From Clostridia bacterium (lineage in GTDB: Bacteria > Bacillota > Clostridia > Oscillospirales > Acutalibacteraceae): a stretch of 32,000 nt of DNA. The stretch is taken from assembly GCA_017409845.1 (NCBI GenBank), contig JAFQRY010000017.1:46171-78170 (forward strand). Reading direction: 5' to 3'. Made by a program: the position numbers and the translations under genes. Each line of letters starts with the position of its first letter. Position 1 is the first letter of the stretch. Of this stretch, positions 24,615 through 32,000 are shown in pieces. The notes beneath the pieces are model-generated. The model was not told the DNA's origin. It ran no database searches and saw only the letters and a program-made list of their open reading frames with translations.

Positions 24615-25877
24615 TTAATTCTTTATTCTCTTAATATCCGCACCGAGCAGAGAAAAGCTTTCTTCTATTGCTTCACAGCCTCTGTCGATGTGATGAATAT
24701 TCTCTATTACACTTTTGCCCTCTGCACCGAGAGCCGCAACTGCAAGAGCACTTCCGCCGCGAAGGTCACACGCCGAAACCCTTGCTCCTCTGAGGCGTTC
24801 AACGCCTTCGATAACAGCAACGCTGCCGTCCTCCACGCGGATATCGGCTCCCATTTTTATAAGTTCGGGAACATGTCTGAATCTGTTTTCAAATATTTTT
24901 TCCGTAATCACACTTGTTCCGTGTGCCGTTGCAAGCATCGCCGTAACTATCGCCTGCGAATCCGTCGGAAAGCCCGGATAAGGCATGGTACGCAGGGATT
25001 TGATTCTTGAAAGCTTTTCGGGAGCATTAATGATAAGCTCGTTATTTTTAATGCCGATTCTGCATCCCGCACCCTCAAACACCGTTATAACAGGAAGCAG
25101 ATGCTCCCTGCAGATTCCGTCAATTGCAATTTTACCGCCCGTGCAAGCCGCACATGCCATATAGGTTGATGCAACTATGCGGTCGGGAATTACCGAATGT
25201 ACGGATGAGTGCATGCGTTCAACGCCGTTAATTCTGATAACGCTCTGACCCGCACCGCTTATCCTCGCTCCGCATTTTTTGAGGAAATCCGCAAGATCCT
25301 TTATTTCGGGCTCTCTTGCGGCATTTGTGATAACGGTTTCCCCCTTCACACGAAGAGATGCAAGCATGATATTTTCCGTTGCACCGACGCTCGGAAATGC
25401 AAGTGCAATATGGCACGGAGAAATACCGCACGGTGCCCTGCACTCAAGAACTCCGCCGTTTTCTGATATATCAACACCCATTCGCCTGAGCGACGACAGA
25501 TGAAGATCAATCGGTCGCAGCCCGATTTCGCAGCCGCCCGGAGGCGTTACACCTGCACAGCCGAATCTCGAAATCAACGCTCCGAGGAAAATAATTGAGG
25601 AACGCATTTCACGCATCATACATTCGGGAATATCGTATCTGCTTGCAGCAGACGAGTCAACAATTACAGTATGCCCCTCACGCTTTATCTTACAGCCCGT
25701 ATGCTCAAGAATTTTCAGAGCTGCCGTTATATCGGTCAGCACGGGGCAGTTATGTATCACACTTGTTCCGCCGACGGCAAGCGTTGCGGCAAGTATCGGC
25801 AAAGCACTGTTTTTTGAGCCCTGAAGCATGATTTTTCCGTTAAGGGCTCTGCCGCCGCTGATAACCAGTTTTTCCAT
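24615..25877 (-). CDS. murA: UDP-N-acetylglucosamine 1-carboxyvinyltransferase
   Basis: MEKLVISGGRALNGKIMLQGSKNSALPILAATL..., active-site region PPGGCEIGLRPIDLH. 420 aa. Confidence 0.9.
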   Translation of the reverse strand: MEKLVISGGRALNGKIMLQGSKNSALPILAATLAVGGTSVIHNCPVLTDITAALKILEHTGCKIKREGHTVIVDSSAASRYDIPECMMREMRSSIIFLGALISRFGCAGVTPPGGCEIGLRPIDLHLSSLRRMGVDISENGGVLECRAPCGISPCHIALAFPSVGATENIMLASLRVKGETVITNAAREPEIKDLADFLKKCGARISGAGQSVIRINGVERMHSSVHSVIPDRIVASTYMACAACTGGKIAIDGICREHLLPVITVFEGAGCRIGIKNNELIINAPEKLSRIKSLRTMPYPGFPTDSQAIVTAMLATAHGTSVITEKIFENRFRHVPELIKMGADIRVEDGSVAVIEGVERLRGARVSACDLRGGSALAVAALGAEGKSVIENIHHIDRGCEAIEESFSLLGADIKRIKN

Positions 25878-25948
25878 AATCCACGCTCCTTTGAACGCAT
25901 TGAACGTTCTGTTCCATACTATTCAAAACGAGCGGAGGGTGTGAATTA

Positions 25949-27073
25949 TTATTTCATTATTTCGCAAAGAGTATCATAAATTCTGCTTGTTGCATCTATA
26001 ACAGCCATCTTTTTGGCGTTACTTCCGATTTCTTCAAGCTTTTTCTTATCCGAAAGAAGAGCATTGACACGCTCAGTCAGTGAATCCGCCGTTAAATCTT
26101 TTTCTTCAAGAATTTCCGCCGCACCGTTATCCACAAGTGCCATCGCATTGTGGAACTGATGATTTTCGGTTACATAGGGTGATGGGATAAGTATCGAAGG
26201 CTTGCCGAGTGCCTGAAGCTCGCTGAGTGTGCTTGCACCCGAACGGCAGACAACGAGGTCAGCCGCCGCAAGACACTTGGGAATATCAATATATTCGACT
26301 ATTCTGACATGGGGATTTGCTTTGAGGTCAACGCCTTTTTCTTCAAGCTCGGCCCTGAAGCCCTCTGCATTTTTACCCGTTGCATGAAGAAAAACGCAGT
26401 CGTTATCTCTATACTTATTAATAATAAGGCCCATGACCGCATCATTTACGGGCTTTGCACCGAGGCTGCCGCCCATTGAAATTATCAGCGGCTTATTTCC
26501 GATTTCAAGCTCTGCCCTTGCAAAATCGCGGTCACCTTTAAGAATATCGCCTCTTATAGGAAGACCCGTTACAACGCAGGGATTTTTGGGCTTCATATAT
26601 TGCTCTGCCTGCTTTGCGGTGAGCATAACTCTGTCAACCTTGCCCGCAACTGCTTTGTTTGCAACACCGGGATAAGCATTCTGCTCATGGATTGCGGTGG
26701 GAATGCCCATTTTTGCCGCAATTCTCAGAACAGGTCCGCTGACATATCCTCCGTAGCCGATAACAAGGTCGGGTTTAAAATCATTGATAATCTTTTTAAT
26801 CTGTGAAGATGAACGAAGAAGCTTTTTAACGGTATTAATGTTATGCTTTATCGCTTCACCCGAAAAACTTCTCCAAAAACCGCTGATTTCGATTGTTTTA
26901 AGCTCATAGCCGGCCTGAGGAACAAGCTTTGCTTCCATTTTATCGGCTGTGCCGACAAATGCAATTTCTGCGGTAGGGTGCTTTTCTTTTATATAGCCTG
27001 CCGTTCCGAGTGCGGGATTGATATGACCTCCCGTACCACCTGCGGCAATAAGAATTTTTTTGTTATCAAACAT
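25949..27073 (-). CDS. murG: Undecaprenyldiphospho-muramoylpentapeptide beta-N-acetylglucosaminyltransferase
   Basis: ILIAAGGTGGHINPAL N-terminus and GGSLGA motif. It overlaps the ftsW stop by 8 nt. Confidence 0.9.
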   Translation of the reverse strand: MFDNKKILIAAGGTGGHINPALGTAGYIKEKHPTAEIAFVGTADKMEAKLVPQAGYELKTIEISGFWRSFSGEAIKHNINTVKKLLRSSSQIKKIINDFKPDLVIGYGGYVSGPVLRIAAKMGIPTAIHEQNAYPGVANKAVAGKVDRVMLTAKQAEQYMKPKNPCVVTGLPIRGDILKGDRDFARAELEIGNKPLIISMGGSLGAKPVNDAVMGLIINKYRDNDCVFLHATGKNAEGFRAELEEKGVDLKANPHVRIVEYIDIPKCLAAADLVVCRSGASTLSELQALGKPSILIPSPYVTENHQFHNAMALVDNGAAEILEEKDLTADSLTERVNALLSDKKKLEEIGSNAKKMAVIDATSRIYDTLCEIMK

Positions 27074-28322
27074 TTTTCTTTTTCCTTTCGCTGTTTCTTG
27101 ATATCGAAAGAACTATTCCCATTTCCAGAAGCAGCATAACAAGCGAAGTGCCGCCGTAGCTGAAAAACGGAAGGCTGATGCCCGTATTGGGAACGGTTGC
27201 GGTAACAACCGCAATATTCAGAGCCGCCTGCAAGCCGACCTGGAAGCTGATACCCATTGCAAGCATCGCCTCATATCTTGTTCTTGCTCTGAGACCGATT
27301 ATAAATCCTCTCGCAACAAGAAGAATAAAAAGTGCAATTATAATCAATGCACGGAAAAAACCGAGTTCTTCACAAACAACAGCAAAAACAAAGTCGTTCT
27401 GCGGCTCTGGAAGATACATATGCTTTTGCTTTGAATTGCCGAAGCCGAGACCGAAAAGACCGCCTGAGCCGATTGCATAAAGCGACTGCAGGCTCTGCCA
27501 GCCCGAATCTCTCGATTCATCACGGGTAAGCTCTTCTCCCGTGAGAAGCTTGAGCCAGATTTTTATTCTTTCGCTCGCATAGCCTTCAAGGAACTTATCC
27601 GCATTCGTTACAAACCATATCACGGCAACCAGAATTCCTATGCCTATGATCACATAAAACGCAGGATGAATTTTTACTCCGCCGAAATAAATCGTTGCAA
27701 CACCGATTCCGAGAATAAGAAGCGTTCCCGAAACATGGTTTTCTTTATAAACAAGCAAACAAACAACAAGGACAACCGCCATATAAGGCAATATCATCCA
27801 CCAATGCTTTTCAATAAGCTTGTGATATCGCTCCATACTGAAGGCAAGAAACATAACCACCGCAAGCTTTGCTATTTCCGACGGCTGAAACGAGCCTATG
27901 CCGGGTATCCACATCCATCGCTTGAACTGCTCTTTGCCGGGGATAACATACGGGTTCACAAGCACATACACGAGAAGCAGAAGTGCGATTATCATTATAA
28001 AGGTTGATGCATCTCTGAAAACATCCGCTCTGACAAACGAAACAATAAGCATCAGAGCCAGTCCGAGCACCGCAAACTTTATTTGATTTTTCACATAATA
28101 ATAGGGGTCATTATCAACCGTAACACTTGAATCATACCAAGCATTGACATAGCTTGCGGAAAACATCATCACTATTCCGACCGCAAGAAGAGCAATGACA
28201 AGAGTCAGGAAGGTTATATCAAAGGGTGCTGCAGAAAAGCAGTCCCTGAGCTTTTTTCTGCCCGTAAACAAATCGCGGAGAAGATAAAAAATCCCGAAAT
28301 GGGCAAGTATTTCTTTTTTCAA
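27066..28322 (-). CDS. ftsW: SEDS-family lipid II flippase/peptidoglycan polymerase FtsW/SpoVE
   Basis: Multi-TM protein with FQPSEIAKL and LPEPQNDFVFAVVCEELG...PFFSYGGTS motifs. The putative TTG start is uncertain. Confidence 0.85.
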   Translation of the reverse strand: MKKEILAHFGIFYLLRDLFTGRKKLRDCFSAAPFDITFLTLVIALLAVGIVMMFSASYVNAWYDSSVTVDNDPYYYVKNQIKFAVLGLALMLIVSFVRADVFRDASTFIMIIALLLLVYVLVNPYVIPGKEQFKRWMWIPGIGSFQPSEIAKLAVVMFLAFSMERYHKLIEKHWWMILPYMAVVLVVCLLVYKENHVSGTLLILGIGVATIYFGGVKIHPAFYVIIGIGILVAVIWFVTNADKFLEGYASERIKIWLKLLTGEELTRDESRDSGWQSLQSLYAIGSGGLFGLGFGNSKQKHMYLPEPQNDFVFAVVCEELGFFRALIIIALFILLVARGFIIGLRARTRYEAMLAMGISFQVGLQAALNIAVVTATVPNTGISLPFFSYGGTSLVMLLLEMGIVLSISRNSERKKKNV

Positions 28323-28347
28323 GCCGTGTTCTCACTCCTTTTTGTTT

Positions 28348-29385
28348 TTATATCACATATCCGCCGTAATACATAACGGCAGCAGCAGCAATTCCTCCGA
28401 GGATATTGACCGCCGAAAAAACCAGAGTGATTTTCTTTTCACTCCAGCCGCACATTTCAAAATGATGGTGTATCGGTGCCATTTTAAATATTCTTTTGCC
28501 GCCCGAAACACGGTAATAAACGATCTGAAGCACATCGGATAGTCCCTCAATAACATAAACAATTCCGATGAGCAGAAGAATAACGGGACAGCCGATTGCA
28601 TAGCAAAGAGCAACAACCATTCCGCCCAGAAACATCGACCCCGTATCACCCATAAAAACCTTTGCGGGATTTTTATTCCAGAGAACGAAGCCGAAGCATG
28701 CACCTGCAAGAGCGGCGGATGCCATTGAAAAGCCGAAAAGTCCTTTTAAAGCGGCGATAACGCCGATTGAAACCGCAGCAGTCAGTGTAACGCTGCCGCA
28801 AAGACCGTCGATACCGTCGGTAAAATTAACGGCATTGACCGTTGCATAAATAACAACAATTCCGAAAATCCAATGAAAAAATCCGATTTCAAGCGTTCCG
28901 ACAAACGGAACAAACATATGAGGCAAGCCCTGCATGCCCATATAAAGACTTGTAAGATAGGCAACGCACACAAGCAGCTGCAAAAGCGTTTTCTGCTTTA
29001 TCGTCAGACCTAAATTGCGATGTTTCACAGCTTTGATATAATCATCAACAAAGCCGATAAAACCGAAGCCGAGTGCCATAAGAATACCACTCCACAGCTT
29101 CGTATACATTTCCGAAGGAATAAGACTGCCTGCAGCGGTAATATCTCCGCCCATGAGCTTATCCGTTATAACCGTCAGAAGAATTGCAGCAACAGTACCG
29201 ATAATAAACATCAGTCCGCCCATGGTAGGCGTACCCTGCTTGCCGATATGCCATTTCGGCCCGATATCAAGAATCGTCTGACCGAATTTCAGTTTGCGGA
29301 GCCACGGAATCATAACAAATCCGAGAACTCCCGTTATAACAAGACCTGCAATGCCTGCGGTCAGAATTGCTGCTGCGGTATTCAT
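28348..29385 (-). CDS. mraY: Phospho-N-acetylmuramoyl-pentapeptide transferase
   Basis: GTPTMGG, NAVNFTDGIDGL, MGDTGS and APIHHHFE motifs. Confidence 0.95.
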   Translation of the reverse strand: MNTAAAILTAGIAGLVITGVLGFVMIPWLRKLKFGQTILDIGPKWHIGKQGTPTMGGLMFIIGTVAAILLTVITDKLMGGDITAAGSLIPSEMYTKLWSGILMALGFGFIGFVDDYIKAVKHRNLGLTIKQKTLLQLLVCVAYLTSLYMGMQGLPHMFVPFVGTLEIGFFHWIFGIVVIYATVNAVNFTDGIDGLCGSVTLTAAVSIGVIAALKGLFGFSMASAALAGACFGFVLWNKNPAKVFMGDTGSMFLGGMVVALCYAIGCPVILLLIGIVYVIEGLSDVLQIVYYRVSGGKRIFKMAPIHHHFEMCGWSEKKITLVFSAVNILGGIAAAAVMYYGGYVI

Positions 29386-29402
29386 ATCCGGTATTTCCTT
29401 TC

Positions 29403-30758
29403 TCAGTTCAGAGTTTCATAAACGGAATAAATAACATCCTCAAGCTTCATTCCCCTGCTGGCTTTGAAAAGAACGGCATCTCCTTCTCTGATAAAAGCTG
29501 AAAGCTCTTTGGAAAGCTCCTGCTTGTCGCTGAAACTTCTGACAAGCTTAACGCCGCCTTCTTTTGCTCCTCTTGCGGTTTCAAGAGCACGCTCTCCGTA
29601 AGTAAAAACGGCATCAATATTGTTTTCGGCCGCCTTTGTGCCTACTCCGTAATGAGCATCCGCACTCACCTCGCCGAGCTCAAGCATATCGCCGATAACC
29701 GCAACTGTTCTTACGGCATTGAGCCCTGCAAGCACAGCAAGAGCTGCCGCCTGAGAATCGGGGCTTGCATTATAGCAATCCTCGATAAAGGTAATGCCGC
29801 ATTTTTTATTGATTCTCTGACGCATGCCTGCAGGAACATAGCTTCTGAGTGCATCCAGACCCTGCTGAACACTTATTCCGAACTGCATTCCCGCCGCAAC
29901 GGCAGCCAGAGCATTATAGACATTATGACGGCCCGGGAAGGGCAGGCTCACCCTGCCCGAACCGCCCGCGAAGCCGACCGACACCTCGGTTTCGCTTTCT
30001 TTGGAGGTTATATCGAATGCCTTATAAAATGAATTAACATTTTCAATTCCGTAATAAATTACGGGATGATTGTCGGCTCTGACGGTAACAAGCATATCAT
30101 CATCGCCGTTGAGAATAACGGGGGCATCATCCTTCATGCCGTGAAGAATTTCAAGCTTTGCTTTAAGAATTCCCTCTCTTGAGCCGAGCTTTTCAATATG
30201 TGAAACACCGATATTGCTGATAATCGCAACATCAGGTCTGACAGCCTTTGTCATTCTTGATATTTCATCAAATCCGCTCATGCCCATTTCGATAACTGCC
30301 GCCTCATGGGTTTCATCGAGCCTGAAAAGAGTAAGCGGAACACCGATTTCGTTGTTGAGATTTCCCTCGTTTTTGAGGGTATTATATTTTGAGGACATAA
30401 CCGCATGGGTCATTTCCTTTGTTGTTGTTTTTCCAACGCTTCCCGTTATTCCGATAACGGGAATATTGAATTTGCTTCTGTAGTGACCTGCAAGGTCAAG
30501 AAGTGCAAGACGGGTGCTTTCAACAAGAATCTGCTTATCACCGAGGCCGCAGTCCTTTTCACAGATTACGGCACTTGCACCGCTTTCAACCGCCTTTTTT
30601 GCAAAGTCGTGTCCGTCAAAATTCTCACCCTTTATTGCTATAAAAAGACAGCCGGGTGTTATTTTTCTTGTGTCCGTGCAGATGCTGTCATAGCTGCCTT
30701 CAAGCACGGTTGAGGTTCTGACCGCCGCTGCGGTTTCCCTGAATGTCATTGGAATCAT
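29403..30758 (-). CDS. murF: UDP-N-acetylmuramoyl-tripeptide--D-alanyl-D-alanine ligase
   Basis: Mur ligase P-loop GITGSVGKTTTKEM, DCYNASPDS, and its position downstream of murE (ATGA overlap). Confidence 0.9.
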   Translation of the reverse strand: MIPMTFRETAAAVRTSTVLEGSYDSICTDTRKITPGCLFIAIKGENFDGHDFAKKAVESGASAVICEKDCGLGDKQILVESTRLALLDLAGHYRSKFNIPVIGITGSVGKTTTKEMTHAVMSSKYNTLKNEGNLNNEIGVPLTLFRLDETHEAAVIEMGMSGFDEISRMTKAVRPDVAIISNIGVSHIEKLGSREGILKAKLEILHGMKDDAPVILNGDDDMLVTVRADNHPVIYYGIENVNSFYKAFDITSKESETEVSVGFAGGSGRVSLPFPGRHNVYNALAAVAAGMQFGISVQQGLDALRSYVPAGMRQRINKKCGITFIEDCYNASPDSQAAALAVLAGLNAVRTVAVIGDMLELGEVSADAHYGVGTKAAENNIDAVFTYGERALETARGAKEGGVKLVRSFSDKQELSKELSAFIREGDAVLFKASRGMKLEDVIYSVYETLN

Positions 30759-32000
30759 TTATTCTCTCCGACCTTCTCTGAAAGTATTTGAGCTACAATT
30801 TCACGCTCGTCATAGTGGATTTTTCCGCTTGCAAGTATCTGATAGGTTTCCTGACCCTTGCCTGCAAGGATAACTATATCCCCTTCTCTTGCCGATTCGA
30901 GAGCCTTTCTGATTGCACCCGTGCGGTCACTGTCAACAATAACCTTCGCACCGTGCTTGCCGATGCCTGCAGTGATATCCTCAATGATTGATTCGGGATC
31001 TTCGCTTCTGGGATTATCTGAGGTTATGACGGCGATATCCGAAAGCTTTGTTGCGATATCACCCATAATGGGACGCTTTGTTTTATCTCTGTCTCCGCCG
31101 CAGCCGAAAACAGTTATAACTCTGCCCTCCGTGATTTCACGAACGCAGTTCAGAACGTTTTCAAGACCGTCGGGGGTGTGTGCATAGTCAATTATTACTG
31201 TGTAGGGCGTTTCGGTGGGGACAATTTCCATTCTGCCGGGAATTCCCTTGCATTCCGCAAGTGCTTCAAGCACCTCTCTGAAATCCATGCCCATTTCTAT
31301 AAGGCAGACCGCCGCACCCATTGAGTTATAAACCGAAAACTTGCCGGGAACGCCGAACTTTACTCTGCCGATATTTGCATTGCTCACAAGCTCATATTTA
31401 ACACCTGAAGCAGCAATTCTTATATTTTTGGCGGAATAATCGCAGTTGTTGTTTTCAACAGAGCAGGTAACCGCCCTGCAGTTTGTGCCTTCAACCATTT
31501 CCCATGCCGCTTCATCGTCAATATTGAGAATTGCAACATCGGAATTTTCAAAAAGCATACGCTTGGCGGCTTTATAGTTTTCAAAGCTGCCGTGATAATC
31601 AAGATGATCTCTTGTAAGATTGGTAAAGATTGCAGCATCAAAATGAACGCCGTCAACTCTTCTCTGGTCAAGTGCCTGAGATGAAACCTCCATGACGCAA
31701 TATTCACAGCCGTATTCAGCCATTTCATTGAAAAGTCCGAAAAGCTCATAGCAGTCGGGTGTTGTCAGCACGGCAGGATATTCCTTGTCACCCACGATAT
31801 TTTTGACCGTTCCGATAAGACCCGTTTTGTGACCGAGCTTGTCAAGCACGGATTTGATGATAAAGCATGAGGTTGTTTTGCCGTTTGTGCCCGTAACACC
31901 GATTATCCTGAGCTTTCTTTCCGGATGTCCGTAAAAAGCAGCGCAGATTTTTGCGTATGCACTTCTTGTGTTTTCAACAAGAATCTGGTTTTTAAGACCC
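30755..32000 (-). CDS. murE: UDP-N-acetylmuramoyl-L-alanyl-D-glutamate--2,6-diaminopimelate (or L-Lys) ligase, N-terminus beyond window
   Basis: The track ORF starts at an internal GTG. The frame stays open upstream to the window edge, reading ...YGHPERKLRIIGVTGTNGKTTSCFIIKSVLDKLGH (Mur ligase P-loop). DYAHTPD motif downstream. Confidence 0.9.
   Translation of the reverse strand, partial: GLKNQILVENTRSAYAKICAAFYGHPERKLRIIGVTGTNGKTTSCFIIKSVLDKLGHKTGLIGTVKNIVGDKEYPAVLTTPDCYELFGLFNEMAEYGCEYCVMEVSSQALDQRRVDGVHFDAAIFTNLTRDHLDYHGSFENYKAAKRMLFENSDVAILNIDDEAAWEMVEGTNCRAVTCSVENNNCDYSAKNIRIAASGVKYELVSNANIGRVKFGVPGKFSVYNSMGAAVCLIEMGMDFREVLEALAECKGIPGRMEIVPTETPYTVIIDYAHTPDGLENVLNCVREITEGRVITVFGCGGDRDKTKRPIMGDIATKLSDIAVITSDNPRSEDPESIIEDITAGIGKHGAKVIVDSDRTGAIRKALESAREGDIVILAGKGQETYQILASGKIHYDEREIVAQILSEKVGENK

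Overview
The window looks like a low-GC Gram-positive, Clostridia-like chromosome (inferred from SD-type RBSs, dcw gene order and composition). It has three parts. (1) 1..10300 is a host glycan/mannoside block: a GH38 alpha-mannosidase truncated at the window edge, a NifU-like protein, Nnr, a lipoprotein, a 920-aa GH63/MGH1-like hydrolase, a patatin-like lipase and a GH125 alpha-1,6-mannosidase. It is followed by a tRNA-Asp(GTC)-tRNA-Thr(GGT) operon. (2) About 10483..19607 is a 9.1-kb genomic island inserted in the 3' end of tRNA-Thr and bounded by a perfect 46-bp direct repeat. (3) 19786..32000 is host again: a GxGYxYP-family protein, TrmO, and a dcw cluster on the minus strand (ftsZ, ftsQ/divIB-like, murA, murG, ftsW/spoVE, mraY, murF, and murE running off the window). 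The island carries a tyrosine integrase and a WYL-domain regulator divergent from an orphan SAP + FokI-like nuclease gene with no methyltransferase. It also carries a serine recombinase module behind an XRE switch with palindromic operators, two tandem paralogs of unknown function, and a self-contained minus-strand operon (RHH, wHTH/Rep-like, GIY-YIG and small ORFs). The most striking observation is in that operon: four consecutive cistrons are continuous, motif-bearing reading frames only if five in-frame TAG codons are read as sense. There are no TAA or TGA interruptions and no frameshifts, while the host uses TAG as a normal terminator (nnr, trmO). I saw no rRNA, no CRISPR array and no transposase/IS. 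All domain calls come from reading motifs by eye and need profile searches to confirm.
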